A stretch of 63,706 bases of DNA, filler included, from Octopus bimaculoides (lineage: Eukaryota): NCBI RefSeq assembly GCF_001194135.2. It is 5 parts of 5 records of this genome, joined end to end, with 100 filler letters (N's around TTAATTAATTAA, not from the genome) between each part and the next. Parts side by side here need not be neighbours in the genome. Positions count along the whole stretch, not along the records: positions 30,015 to 54,957 come from NC_068981.1; 4 more parts are not named here. One strand, 5' to 3'. This document shows positions 37,715-51,859 of this stretch, piece by piece. Positions within the stretch are counted from its first letter, which is position 1. Each line of letters starts with the position of its first letter. Position numbers and translations under genes: made by a program. Below the pieces are notes generated by a model that did not search any database, had not been told where the DNA came from, and saw nothing but the letters and a program-made list of their open reading frames with translations.

Positions 37715-37900
37715 ACGTGCCGGTGGCACATAAAAAGCACCCACTACAGTTTCGGAGTGGTTGACGTTAGGAAGGGCATCCAGCTGTAGAAACTCTGCCA
37801 GATCAGATTGGAGTCTGGTGTAGCCATCTGGTTCGCCAGTTCCCAGTCAATTCATCCAACCTATGCTAGCATGGAAAGCGGACGTTGAATGATGATGAGG
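37715..37900 (+). mobile_element. RTE 3' UTR fragment
   Basis: gtgccggtggcacataaaaagcaccc...gcatggaaagcggacgttgaatgatgatga. Confidence 0.8.
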
Positions 37901-38687
37901 ATATATAATGATGGGCTTCTACAAGGTTTGTCTAGTAAATCCACCCATGAGGCATTGGTCAGCTTGGGGCTATATTAGAAAACACTTACTCAAGGTGCTG
38001 CCCAGTAGGACTGAACCTGAAACCATGTGGTTACAAAGTGAAGTTTTCAACAACACAGCCAAGCTTATGCCTATTACAAGGTAAATAGGAGATGAAATTC
38101 ACCATGCTTTTTTTCTTTCTTTTTTTTAATTTTTTTTTTTTAGCTATTTCATGCAGTTAAAACTAAGAGATAGTGTAGTTTTAAAGAGAGAAATCCATTT
38201 TATTGAATGTAACAGTGCAGCAAACAGATAAATGTTCAATAGAAAATGATAATATTTCTATTTCAAGCAGATTAACGGCAACATTAAGAAAAGTCAATGA
38301 AATTTTTAAATAGCTTTATAAAACAGATTTAGATTTTATGTAATATTTTCACATCTGAAAAAGAGTAAAAAGAATGTTGACACCATTTCAACTGCTGAGG
38401 TGTTGGTTCACATTCATTACAAAGTTATTTTAACCAATCAGGAATTTTAATCAATTGGGGATTTTAACCAGCCAGAAATAAGTACTGTATTTTCTGGCAC
38501 ACAAATTGACATAGAATATAGTATAAACATACAGTGTAAACATTGAAACGTCATCCTGTGGCATTTCACATGGAATTTTTGGTCCTCCAAAGTCATTTCT
38601 GAGTGAAATACCTGCTCATTAGATTAACATGTAAGTGGGTAAGTATTCCAGAGACATACATACCCTTGAATCAATGTGAACAGTCAA

Positions 38688-39110
38688 AGGTGGCGAGCTG
38701 GCAGAAATGTTAGCACACCGGGCAAAATGCTTAGCAGTATTTCGTCTGCTATTATGTTCTGAGTTCAAATTCTGCCGAGGTCGACTTTGCCTTTCATCCT
38801 CTCGGGGTCGATTAAATAAGTACCAGTTATGCACTGGGGTCGATATAATCGACTTAATCCATTTGTCTGTCCTTGTTTGTCCCTTCTGTGTGTAGCCCCT
38901 TGTGGGCAATAAAGAAATAAGAAATATTAGCACACCAGGCAAAATGGTATTTCATCTGTCTTTATATTCTGAGTTCAAATTCCGCTGAGGTTGACTTTGC
39001 CTTTCTTCCTTTCAGGGATGATAAATTAAGTACCAGTTGTATACTGAGGTTGATCTAATCGACTGGCCCCTAAAATTTCGGGCTTTGTGCCTAGAGTAGA
39101 AAAGAATCGA
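38688..39110 (+). mobile_element. SINE family A, dimer
   Basis: Full unit to gggcaataaagaaataag, then a second unit from aaatattagcac. Confidence 0.85.
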
Positions 39111-40459
39111 TGTGAACGTGTGACAAAGTTGTACCTTTGAATTACAGATGTATACAATCTGTCTTATGGGTTTTTATATTGTTTCTGTCTGCACAATTTC
39201 ACTCACAAAATATGGGCCAACCAGAGGCTATGAAAAATGGCATCTGCCCAAAATGCCATGCAGTGGACTCGAACCTGGGACCTCATAACTGCAAAATAAA
39301 CTTCTTGACCATTCAGCTATATAGTGCCTATCTTAGTAGATTACAAACTATGCTAATACATGCTTTTGGTGCCAGCAAAAGACATTGGGTTATAAATTGC
39401 ATCATACCAATTTAAATTAAAACATTATCATCCATCAATATTAACTCTTTAGTAATAATGATTCATAAATACAGGACAAAAAAAAATTGATACAATGTTT
39501 CATAATTTTTTTTCTCCAGTTAATGAGTTGAATTTTGATATCATAAGGTGATATTTATTACTTAGGCCTCTTTTTCCATGAGGACCATGAAATCCTGGCT
39601 TTTCTTTTTTCTTTTTCTTCTTTTCAATTTAGAGAGCTAATTTGAAGGAATAATCTAATACAGAAAACGGAAAGAATCTGTAATTAAAATCTGGCCAACT
39701 AAACTACAAGTGAGAATAAAAAAAGACTAAAATGTGAAAAGAAAGAAAAACACACACACAAAAAAAAAACATTTTATTTTAAATTTTATAATTGACTGCA
39801 TTGTAATCAATCTTGAAGTAACATTTGAGAAAATGTTTGGAAATCGTTTGGGGGATAATTTAATCAGTAAATCTATTCAAATAAAATTTCAGATGAAAGA
39901 TACAATGCAATTTAAAAGGCAATTTCAATGGTATTAACCATTTTAGTTGCCAATTAATTAGGTTCAAATGCATCTGAAAAAAGTCCAATCTGGCCACCAG
40001 TAAGTAAAACTCATGATCTTGGTTCATATCCTGTGGTTTCAAACGAGACTAAATTTAGCCTCGAGGAACACACATCATCATCATCATCATTTTAATGTCC
40101 ACTTTTCTGTGGTTGGACAGGTCAAATGGGATTTGTTGATGCAGTTTTTCTACAGCCATCAACTTTGACCTGTAATATTTTCCTCCTGGCCAGACCTGTT
40201 TTTCACAGAAGACCGGAAACAAACAATCTCATTCATTTACAACCATCATATGATATCTAAACAAAGATATACACAGTCACACATGCATACAAACAGGTAA
40301 ACAACAAGCATCGCTCAGTTTTGGTCTATTGAATTCACTCACAAGGCTTTGGCCAACCTCAGGCTAGAGAAGAAGACACTTGCCCATATTGTCATACAGT
40401 GGAACTGAACCCAAGCTTCTCAACCACACAGCCATGTGTGCACTTACAGTGTATGTATG

Positions 40460-40496
<37 letters not shown>

Positions 40497-40529
40497 GAAC
40501 TTCACCTTCTTTATTTCACCTGTTACATG

Positions 40530-40830
40530 TGAAGGCGCACTGCTACATTCATGAGGTAGTGAGTTTGATTCCCAGACCAAGCTATGTGTTGTGTTCTTGA
40601 GCAAGACACTTTATTTCATGTTGCTCCAGTTCACTCAATATTAGAAATGAGTTGCGATGTCACTGGTGCCAAGCTGTATTGACCTTTGCCTTTCCCTTGG
40701 TTGACATTGGTGGCATGGAGAGGGGAGGCTGGTATGCATGGGTGACTGCTAGTCTTCCATAAACAACCTAGACCAGACTTGTGCCTTGGCGGGAAACTTT
40801 CTAGGTGCAATCACATGGTTATTCATGACC
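40530..40830 (+). mobile_element. Third SINE-like family (tRNA-like head with tgtgttcttgagcaagacactttat core); related heads at ~49890-50130 (-) and ~58720-58945 (-)
   Basis: gagtttgattcccagacc...tgtgttcttgagcaagacactttatttcatgttgctccagttcactc. Confidence 0.55.
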
Positions 40831-40944
40831 ACTTTGGGGTCTTTACACTTTTTTATATATTTCAGAATGTGGTAATAAATTATCAAAACCTGAATGATAA
40901 AACTAATGTGCAATGAATGCATCCATTCCTATATATATATTCAT

Positions 40945-41295
40945 TCTTTTTCAGTCATTAGGCTGTGGCTATGCTGGGGTACCACCTAGTAGAAATTTAG
41001 TCAAATGAACCCCAGTACTTATTTTTGTAAACCTGATACTTATTTTGTTGGCCTCATTTGCCAAACCACTAAATTACAAGGATATAAACACACAAATACT
41101 GGTTGTCAAGTGGTAGTGGCACATGCACATACACACACAAGTTTCTTATAGTTTCTGTCTACCAAATCCGCTCACAAAGCTTTGCTTGGCCTGAGGTTAC
41201 AGTAGAAGACACATACCCAAGGTGCCACACAGTGGAACTGAACCCAGAACCATGTGGTTAGGAAGCAAACTTCATACTACACAGCCATGCCTGTG
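40945..41295 (-). mobile_element. SINE family B
   Basis: Family B motifs in reverse complement. Confidence 0.75.
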
Positions 41296-41569
41296 CCTAT
41301 ATATCCAATTTGGGAAGATCAATGGAAAAAAATTACATCCCATTCTTTATTCATATTATTACAATCTGCAGTATATTACCTATATCTATAATTTCAACCC
41401 TTAAGCTCTGATCACATGACATCTTGTGACAAGCAAAATGTCATCTTAACATTGATACTGAGATTTCTTGAACAAGAAAAATACTCGCTCAAATACAAAT
41501 CATGAAATAGTTTATGCCTGCATTTTCCTCATAAAAGATTTTGTTTCCTCCACCACCCCATTTTTTGCA

Positions 41570-41910
41570 GGCACGGCTATGTGGTAAGAAGTTTGCTTCT
41601 CAACCACATGGATTTGGGTTCAGTCCTGCTGCATGGCAAGGGGACTAAATCCATGCCTTATGAGTGAATTTGGTAAACAGAAACTGTGTGGAAGTTGGTT
41701 GTCTATGTATGTGTGTCTTTGTATCTGTCCTCCCCACCATCACTGTTCAACAACTTGTTTGTTTACATCCCTGTAACTTAGCAGGCTGACAATAAGTACC
41801 AGACATCAAAAAAAAAAATTAAGTACTGGGGTCAATGTGTTCAACTGAAACCCTTGAAAGTGGTGCCCCAGCATGGCCATAGTCCACAGACAGAAACAAG
41901 TAATAAACAT
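41570..41910 (+). mobile_element. SINE family B
   Basis: gcaggcacggctatgtggtaagaagtttgcttctcaacc...ccccagcatggccatagtcc. Confidence 0.75.
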
Positions 41911-42813
41911 TTATATATTTTAGTAACCATGGAAATTTCTTCCAGTGATTAATCAAAAGAACATTTTGCAATTGTTATTAATAAATTCTGGTACGCTAAT
42001 TTAACATCTAATTTGCGTGATATTTGTCTTGCACATTTTTTACAGGAAAATATCTCTGATGAGACAAATATTATACGCTAGAAGACATATGAATCATCAA
42101 TTTAATGGAAAATGGTATGATACAATACAATGAATTAAAGCCTTGTCTAGGATGTATGATCGTGACTGGAAATAAATCCTACATATGATCTATATTAGCC
42201 CACACATCTTTTATACTACATAGTGAAATAAGATTTTTTTTTTTTTTTTTGCGTAAGAAAATGTTTTGAACATTTAAACACATTTATATTATTATAGTTA
42301 AATGTTCACTTGTCCATCCTTGCCTGGATCAGACAGAAATTGTCAAGACAGGTTTTCTATGACTGGATGCTTTTCCTGTTGCCAACCTTCACCTGTTTCC
42401 AAGCAAAATAATATTTCCCCAAAGCCAGACACGTTTTTCATGGATGACTGGGAACATCATCACTTGTATGACACACACACACATTTCTTTTCAGTTTCCA
42501 TACCAAATCTATCCACAGGGCTTTGGTCAACCCAGAACTATAATAATAGACACTAATCTAAGGTGCTGCACAACGCTTTTCACACAATGACACAAATGAG
42601 CAAACATGCATGTGCACACATATACACATAAAACAGGCTTTGAATAGCTTTCATTCATCAAATATATTCACAAGGTTTTGGTTGACCAGGCGCTCTAGCA
42701 TAAGATACTTGCTCAAGGAGCTATACAGTGTGATTGAGCCCAAAACCACATGGTTAAGAAGTAAACTTCTTAGCCACACTGTCATGTCACTATGTATGTG
42801 TGTTTGTATTTTT

Positions 42814-42976
42814 AGGAAGTTAAAAGTTATGGCTGGCCTTGGAGTGACAATTGGTTTCCCACCTATAAAGCATTTAGCTGTATAGGCAACTCATCAGAAG
42901 TTGCCTATACTACTAAGTGCTTTATAAGTGGGAAACCAATGGTCGCTCTATGACCAGCCACAACTTTTAACTTCCT
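42814..42976. repeat. Long palindrome (78-bp arms, 7-nt loop), probably a fold-back MITE
   Basis: Arms 42814-42891 and 42899-42976 are identical at 68/78 positions after reverse-complementing (hand count). Confidence 0.85.
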
Positions 42977-43039
42977 AAAAAAATATATTACTGCTCTAAG
43001 GCTTTAGAGTGTGTTTCTTTTTTTGGATACATGAACTAC

Positions 43040-43094
<55 letters not shown>

Positions 43095-44569
43095 GCAAGC
43101 AACAGAATTTATTCTGTATTTATGGCTGAACATTTTACTGAAATTGAAAAAAAAATTAAGTATTGGAAAGTTTTTATCTATGAAAGGTATTTGCAAATGT
43201 CTTTACAGTCTGCTGCAGGCGCAAGGAAAAAGCAAGCTTGTTCTTCTATTCAGGGTTTTTGGTTTGTAAGGGAAGTCACAAGGTTTAAAGAAGCAAAAAA
43301 CAAAATGGATTTATTTTACATGTTTTAAATATTTTTTCATGAAATCATTGGAAATTCATTTCCTTTGTGAGGTTTTTCTTTAAAGAACCTGCATTTTTGT
43401 TGCACAAAACAAAATAAAAAGAAATAATTTGAATATGTTCTGAAAAGGAATCAATTTTTATGCACAACCTGGATTCTGTAGCTAGACCTGAATGATGTAG
43501 TCAATGGAATTTTGAAAATAGCAATTCCATTATATCAGTTAAGACTGAAATGGGATTTTAAAAATATATGATCCAAAATTTGTTTATAAAATGAGCTAAC
43601 AGGTGGTCCTTCTTCCTGAAAAAATTTACTGGTTAGATTTTAGATAGAATATGAAAAAGAGAAAAACATTTCCTTTCAATTAACATTTTATATTTTTACA
43701 AATAGAGTTTAAATTAAAATTTACAACATCTAATGGCATCCTACATAGTAGTCTATGAGTTACACTCTTACCAGAGTGCCCCAATCTATCCCTACCAGAG
43801 TCCACTACTCCAATCCTGTAAACCTATTATTACCCCAGTCAACCGGCCTATCCTCAACAAAAGCCACCAATCCATTCCCAGAGTAATGACTGCACCAATT
43901 TCTCTGGGATGCCTTTGGCATAAAAAGCCAATAGTTAAGTGGGGGTCAGCATACTTAATGTAGTGATACTTTGATAAAGAATAATTCAGTAAAGTAAATT
44001 TTTCTTTCCACCATAGGTGTAACCCCCACCCCAACATATCAATGTTATAGCCTTCATGTAAAAAATGTCCCTGAGAAATTCCATACATACTCCTACCCCA
44101 TATACATTTATCATACAGCTGTTTCAGATGTGCATTTGAGTGCATTCATGGCTCAATTTTATCAATCAAGTGGTTGATTGACAGAAAATATATGGAACAA
44201 CCCTCATGATATATATTCCTGCTTGTGGGTATCATCTCACAAGTAACCAAAGTGATAGAGAAGGTAGATAGGTAAATAGTTATGTCTTGTAAGCTATTTC
44301 ACTATGGCATGCAAGTTGAAATTGCACTTTTTCAACCTGGGCTGTTTACTGGCAAACAACAATAACACAAGATAGTTATTTACTAAAAAATACTCGTCAA
44401 TGTTAGTAAATTAGTAGAAGACTCCTCAGTCTGAATATTTCAAAAAGTGGACAGCAATTAACATTTTTGTTTGTAGCTATGGACTTAGATGTGAAAATGA
44501 TAGATAAACACGCATGTAATTGAAACACACTGAGCTAAAAGCAAAATAAACTTCATTATTTGACTTAAC

Positions 44570-44810
44570 AAAGGCGGTGAGCTGGCAGAATTGTTAGCGC
44601 GCCAGACAAAATGTTTGGCAGCATTTCTCCCGGCTCTTTACATTCTGAATTCAAATGCCGCAGAAGTTGATTTTTGCCTTTCATCCTTTTGGTGTTGATA
44701 AAATATGAACCAGTTGAGAATGGGATAGGGGTGGGGTGGGGGGCAATCTGATTGACTTCTCCCTCCCCTTGAAATTGCTGGCCTTGTACCAAGATCAGAA
44801 AGGATTATTT
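44570..44810 (+). mobile_element. SINE family A, decayed
   Basis: aaggcggtgagctggcagaattgttagc...ttctgaattcaaatgccgc. Confidence 0.75.
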
Positions 44811-46348
44811 TACTTCACATTTATTTTGCCATAGTTGGACAGGAATGGCTTGGCTTACTAAGTTACTGCTTTCAGGTTAGATAGTAAGTTTAAAGTATAT
44901 TCTATCAAATTCTGAAATGTATTATCCTCATTTATTACTGTTTGAATTATCACTGATTCAGGATAACACAGGATAATCAATTGCAAACCATGTTATGCTT
45001 ATCATTAATTGATCTGTGATAACACAGGTTGGCAATCAGTGACCATCTCAATGTTCGGGAAAACTTCGGGTCTTGGAATGATACTTATTTTCTTCCATGT
45101 GTTCTTTTATTTATTTATCATTGATTCATTTAACATGGTGTTCATTTTTTCACTTTTTTCCTCTATTTTTTTATCAATTATATAATGACCAACTGCTAAA
45201 TATTTTTTTCCTTTGCTAAGAGTGGAAGTATATTAAATATAATGAACTCAGTTATTGATATTTAAACTGAAGGCCAAGAATCACTGAATTTCTATAAAAT
45301 ACTTAACCTAGTGCTTTACCATCTGCATGGCTCCAACAAATTTTAAAGAATAAATTATGAATGAGATGACTAAGAAGGGAAAAAATTAGACTGGCAAAAT
45401 TAAACAAGGGCACTATCAGATAAGGTAAATATACACATATAGCATCCAGAAAGTGTTACTGGATTTTGGTGAAAATCAGAAACCTATTAGTATTCACATA
45501 CACACACAGTAATACCTTGATTAAGGTTCTAGATATGTGCAAAATGAAACAGGGTGACACAAGATCAGTACAATATAGCATAGAGAGATGAACTTGATAG
45601 GTCATTTTTAATAGTGATATGAACACAACTGAAGGCAGTAGACATAGCCAAACAACTGAAAAATTCAGACTTGTCACATCATCCAAAACATACAATTTAA
45701 GATAGCCTCAGATAATATAGCATACACCCATGATAAAAAAAAAATCACTCAAGTTTAATTAAGATCAAATGAAATATTCTAAAACAGGTTAATCAACTTC
45801 ACTGAGTACACAGGCCTACACTCTTGCAAAAAGCAACAGTGAGAAATAGGGGAGGAAAGGTTGTATCTGTTATGAGGGTGCTGGCTATGGTTGCTTAGCA
45901 AAGAATGCATCAAATGTTATTTGTGTGTTCTTTGAATCTTTTCTCTCCTGAATTATCATCTCATATCTGATTAGCCTGCTGTTATGTAACAACCTTCACG
46001 TTTTAGTATACATACCTTATTAGTATTTCCTCCTAAGTTTTGTATACTCTGGAAACGCATTAAAGCTCTGGGGGGGGGGGGGCTACTTTATTTGAATTCT
46101 TACTATCAGGTAATTAATTTCATGTTATAACATAACTGACTTCACAATTTGGGTATTCATAACTTATTGGGAATTTCTAAAAGCAAGATCCTGTGTAAGA
46201 CAGTTCACTGTTCTCTGTAAATACACAAAAACTGTTTTAAGGGTAACACACTTTGTATTGTTGTTACAGGATTAGCGAAACAATTATGAGAACAGAATCA
46301 CGGGATAAGCCCCGCTTTCCCGAGAATTACCAGGTATGTCAGCTAGTC

Positions 46349-46745
46349 CGGTTCACCAGTCCTCAGTCAAATCATCTAACCCATGCTAGCATGGAAAGCG
46401 GATGTTAAACGATGATATATATATATATATATTTATACACATATATCATCATCATCATCATCGTTTAACGTCCGCTTTCCATGCTAGCATGGGTTGGACG
46501 ATTTGACTGAGGATTGGTGAAACCAGATGGCTACACCAGGCTCCAATCTGATTTGGCAGAGTTTTTACAGCTGGATGCTCTTCCTAACGCCAACCACTGA
46601 GAGTGTAGTGGGTGCTTTTACGTGCCACCCACAAGAGCCAGTCCAGAGGCACTGGCAACAATCTTGCTCAAAAGTCCTTACACATGCCACGGGCACAAGT
46701 GCCAGAAAGGCGACGCTGGGCACAGGTGCCATCACGATTTCGCTT
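46349..46745. mobile_element. Two RTE 3' tails in tail-to-tail inverted arrangement
   Basis: Plus copy 46349-46416 and minus copy 46445-46745, separated by a short (TA)-rich spacer. Confidence 0.85.
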
Positions 46746-48489
46746 TTATATATATATATATNNNNNNNNNNNNNNNNNNNNNNNNNNNNTTTACAGAGAC
46801 AGGAAAAGTGGATGTAAAATTAAGATACAAAATACAGAATTTGAAAAACTGATAAAATTATATGTACACGTGTTTGTTCGATTTAACCAAGAGGAAATTG
46901 TTAAAGTTTCATTTTTTCACCTCTCATATTTTACAATTCAATCAATTTTAAATTAAGTTCTCTTTCTCTAGCATATTTTTTTCATGAAATTAATGTTGAT
47001 TCTCTTAACCTTAACATATCCAATTTATTCTCTAGCATCATGTGAATACACACCCACCAAAAAAAAAAAAAAATCAATAATGAATTTAAAATGATTAAAA
47101 TCAACACTGGCTTTTAAAAATCTTTTAAAGATATAAATCTATTGAAGATGATAATGAATAATCCTTGTATTTCAAATCCTGGCATATTTCACAAGATGTT
47201 GAAGGCAATTCTGATCATTAAACCATGCAGTGGAGATGAAAGAGCAAAGATGTATTAAGCTTGCTACGTTTTTTTAGTCAGCAGTAAATGGCTAAATATC
47301 TTAATTATAAATGCTGATAATACAATTCATGTTACTTTGTTTATTGTAATCAACACTGACCTTTTTATGCCATCAGAATAATGTATGGAGGCAGAAAGCC
47401 ATATCAGATACCACCTAAACACTTGTTTTGTGCATGAACAGTTAAATGCCATCATCATCATCATTTACATCTGTTTTCTATGTTGGTATGAGTTGGGTTG
47501 TTTGACAGGAGCTGGCAAGCCAGAGGACGGCACCAAGCTTCACTGTCTGTTTTGGCGTGGTTTTTATGGCTAGATGCCCTTCCAAGGGCTAACCACTTTA
47601 CAGAGTATATCAAGTACTTTTTACCTGGCACCAGATAGGCCACCAAATAACTTGCAAGACAATACCTTTTAACTGAGGAGGATTCAAACTAGTAATAAAG
47701 GAGGTGGCTTTGAGCTGAAAATAGTAATCTCTTCTAATAACATCATACCCAATGCCCAAGTGTTATATACCTATGTTCTCTAAGACAGCAAAATAATGCT
47801 ATTATTTTGACTAAGATGTTTAATAAGTTCTATTTTACTTGCTAAAAATTAGATATAATAAAATACATAAATAAAATAAATAGCTCCAATAAAATATTTG
47901 TATTTTTGGCATAGGTATCACCTATTTTCTCAAGCTATGCCAAAAGTACAAATATTTTACTGTTGGACGACTGGAACTTGAATAAGAACCAATCTGCAAC
48001 ATATTTGCTCCAACAATTCAAGAGACAATACACCCTATATGAGCATAGACAAGTAGAGAAACTGAATGGGAAATTATACAAAGTCTATCCAAAAAGGTTT
48101 CTTTTAAAACAGAATGCCAACCAGCCAGTACAATATGCTCATGGCTGCAGTACTGTATAAGGTGACTTGGTCTTTGGTATAATAATAGTGATATCATGTC
48201 TTGTGCTTTTGGTGATTTGTTCCAAGTAAAACAATGAAGACTTTGGAAGAGCAATGCGTTTGTATGAAACAGAGAAAATTTTTACATAGACTTTTCTAAT
48301 GTTGCAACAGACGTATAGGAAGGACTATTGATCCACAATGTCACGAGTAGTGGCAGCATTTCAAATTAGAAATAACATCCATTAAAGATGTCTCCAAATC
48401 TGAATGACCCTTTCATGTCAATGGCCAACCATCACATTATAAAAGTATATGCTATGATCCTTAGAAATCACAACCAGCCAGACTCTTCA

Positions 48490-48780
48490 CAGAGTTTCCA
48501 AAAGTTTAAGCCACAGGATTTTAAAAGAAAACTTGAAGCTGGACTGTACTGCTAAATTTGTGAACAGAGTCACAGTTAGTCAGGAGCTGTTTGGCCACTT
48601 GAAAACATTCTGAAAAATGTAACAGGTGAGGAAATAATAGTGTATGGCCATAATGGTTAGACAAAACAGCAGTTAGTTACAGTGGTATCATGGTTTAATG
48701 TGACCAAAAACAGCACCTCAGTGTTGCTCAAATGTGAAGGTTATGTTAATCGTCCTTTTTGACAAGGACATTGAGGATAC
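48490..48780 (+). mobile_element. Decayed mariner transposase fragment
   Basis: Broken frames ..ILKENL....AKFV.., NVTGEE..VYG....TKQQ.., SNVKVMLIVLFDKD resemble mariner VTGDETWVYGY..ETKQQS..SNVKVMLIVFFD. Confidence 0.6.
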
Positions 48781-49059
48781 TAAAAATGAACCTGCTTTAA
48801 GAAAAGTTAGGTAATTTTCTGAATAACTTATCTTGTGGTTGGCTAGGTGATCTCATGGGTAAGTAGAAGTTCCAAATATCTTAGAATAATGGATGACAGT
48901 AAAATCTGAAGAAATCAATGATAGTCTGCGTTGGCAAATAGTAGATGTAAAATGTTCACATCACAAAGGGCAGGAAAGATTGATGTTTTGGGCAGTGATC
49001 TTCATCAAAATTTCCATCAATTCATCATCATCATCATCATTTAACATCCGCTTTCCATG

Positions 49060-49460
49060 CTTGTTTCAATCATTTGACTGTGGCCATGCTGGAGCACCGC
49101 CTTTACTCGAACAAATTTACCCCAGGACTTATTATTTGTATGCCTACTATTTATTCTATTGGTTTCTTTTGCCGAACTGCTAAGNNNNNNNNNNNNNNNN
49201 NNNNNNNNNNNNNNNNNNNNNNNNNNNNNNNNNNNNNNNNNNNNNNNNNNNNNNNNNNCCACCAACATAGGTTGCCAAGCAATGGTGGTGGGGACAAACA
49301 CCCCATCATGCACGCGACAGGCTTCTTTCAGTTTCCGTCTACCAAATCCACTCACAAGGCTTTAATCGGCCTGGGGTTATAGTAGAAGACAATTGCCCAA
49401 GGTACCACGTATGTGTTTGGGAAGCAAGCTTCTTACCACACAGCCACTCCTGCACCTATT
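49060..49460 (-). mobile_element. SINE family B spanning a small gap
   Basis: Family B motifs in reverse complement. Confidence 0.8.
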
Positions 49461-50486
49461 TGTTTATGTTGTAGAAGTCTAGGAACTTTGACAATGAATT
49501 AGATTGGTTGATACAGGAGAGCAGATTGCAATGGAACACAGGAAATTATTCATATAGGTTATGTTTTGCCAAATGGTGACAGGGAAAGTAGTCTGTGTGG
49601 ACTTCTATAAAATGAAGCATAACACTTATCTCATAACATCCTGAATGACATTGTAGGGGTCCTTATCTAAGGACACCTTTGATTCCTATTTTATTCAGTT
49701 GGGCCCTCACAGCCCCACAATGTTTAAAAAATCCTATTGTATTTTTAAAATTAAATATTAGGAACTGTATAAAAAAATTAAACTATTTTGTGAATTGTAG
49801 AAGTATAACCAATATATTGCGGATAAATTTTAACAACAAAATCTTATATGAACCCCCAAGGGCCACATAGACCCTGGTTGAGAGCCACTGAGCTAACTGC
49901 ATGAATATCAAATCCTTCTCTAGTGAGGAATGACCTGCACAGGTATACATTAGTCAGCAATTTTAGGTTGAAGATGAAGTAGATTCATAAGCAAAAGACA
50001 AATAGCAGTAAGAACACAACATACCACCCAGTCCAGGAATAGAAACCAGTCTTGCAATCATGAATGCAACACCATAACCACGAGACAACACACCTTCATT
50101 CTCATCAGTATATACATGACAGTTACTTATTTTATCCATTTCCAAAAAGATGATGAATGACAAAATTCAACTTCAGTCAGGTTTCTTCTCATGTTTTATA
50201 ATCATTTTCTGTATCAAGATGGCTGGGGTAGATTTGCAATTCGGGCAGTTACTTTTATTGCAGCAGTAGTTCTTGCAGTTATGTCCTCTTCCTTCCACTA
50301 ATTACACAACTTCACAAGGGGGAGTGGATCATTCTGTCAGCCAAACACAGTTATGCATCTCACTAAAAGCTAAAGTATGCAATGTAGACCAGCTCACCAT
50401 GTCAATATACAGCAGCAATAAACCTTTAGAAATGTATGTGATATTAATATTTGGAAATATATAAATACAAACAATATTGCTACTAC

Positions 50487-50636
50487 CTGCATAAGTTTTC
50501 TGGAGAGATCGTTTGTTAGGTATTCTTCCTCTTGTTCATAGTTCATAGCCAATGCTTCTTTCTCCTTCCTTAGACTCTGTATTTTCTTCAGCAAAGTATT
50601 ACAGATAAATTCCTCCTCTTGCTCAGCTCTGGCTTG
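50487..50636 (-). CDS. CCDC6: CCDC6 internal exon (equivalent to vertebrate exon 2)
   Basis: 150 nt, [50 protein letters not shown]. Acceptor ttttcag, donor GTAGTA. Peptide closely matches human CCDC6 [20 protein letters not shown]... as recalled. Confidence 0.95.
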
Positions 50637-51751
50637 CTGAAAAATACACAAAACCAAAACAATATTAGTACACACACACATATTTGTGTAGATTGGGGAC
50701 AGCTTCTCTTTCTTCAGCACACACACACAAGCACATACATACATCATATATGTATATATACCTACACATCAAATTTTACATGGCATCATAACACGGTATA
50801 AAACAAAATTCATTTCCATGCTAGCTTTTCCCCCACCATAGAATGAAGTTAATTGATTGTATCAACTATTAGCTGTATGCAATTAACAGCTTGTGTCAAT
50901 AACTGTAATTAATGAATTTACAGAAGATTAATCTTCAAATCATTTCATTACACTATTCCAGGCAAATGTGTTTTCTAGAAATTTCCAGGTGACATATACA
51001 ATAATTCATTCACATAAAAATTCAGCAGGTTTGGGTTGGTTGTTTTTTTTTTAAAGTTTATTTTTTTGTTGCTCTTCTTTCTTTTTTTAAATTCCACATT
51101 GATTTTATGGATTAATTAGGGTTATTACTGTTACTGAACTATTGTAGTCTTCCACTACAGTAGCTGCGGTAAACACCATACAGGTCTTAGATTTGTATGC
51201 GTTATTATTATTTCTCTCTTTCTCTCTAAATGAAACTGAACATTAATTATGGTATTAGAGAAAATTACATAATGATAGAATCTTAGAACACAACCACACA
51301 CACACACACACATACATGCAAACACGCACACACCATCCCCTTGTCTCTCACACATGAAGTTACTTTTTACTTCATTTCAAGGAAATTTTCCTGACGTTTA
51401 GCCCCGAGTCAATCTTGATTAAATAAACCTATGATCAAAGGTATAAAAAAATATTCCATTTCTTTTTGTGTATCGTGTACTGCATTGTCCAATGTACACG
51501 GATTTATAAATTTAAGACAGAGAGACATGACTGAAGAAGGTGATATTTGGCTGCTGTTTCTAGCAGGCTGAGTGATCACCGAGAAAATAGGAGTCTTTCT
51601 CTTTCCATTTACAGCAACACATTACTTTAATGACAATAAGCATGGTTCTCCTTAAAACAGCATTCACAATCAATAAATGTAATAGACATTGTCATTCAGT
51701 TTAAATAGGCATTTACAATTCCCTGACAATTATTATTATTATTATTATTAT

Positions 51752-51838
<87 letters not shown>

Positions 51839-51859
51839 GGTAGTAGTAGTAGTATTAGG

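Noticed and set aside
42055-42095. Other CTGATGA words (42056, 50103 minus, 58913, 42892 minus) as hammerheads or C/D snoRNA boxes
   Set aside because: No stem II plus GAAA, and no terminal stem or matching box arrangement found.
43733-43963. 76-aa Pro/Ser-rich plus ORF
   Set aside because: No homology recognised. The opposite strand has a weak AKGIPEKLV resemblance to LINE RT, too weak to call.
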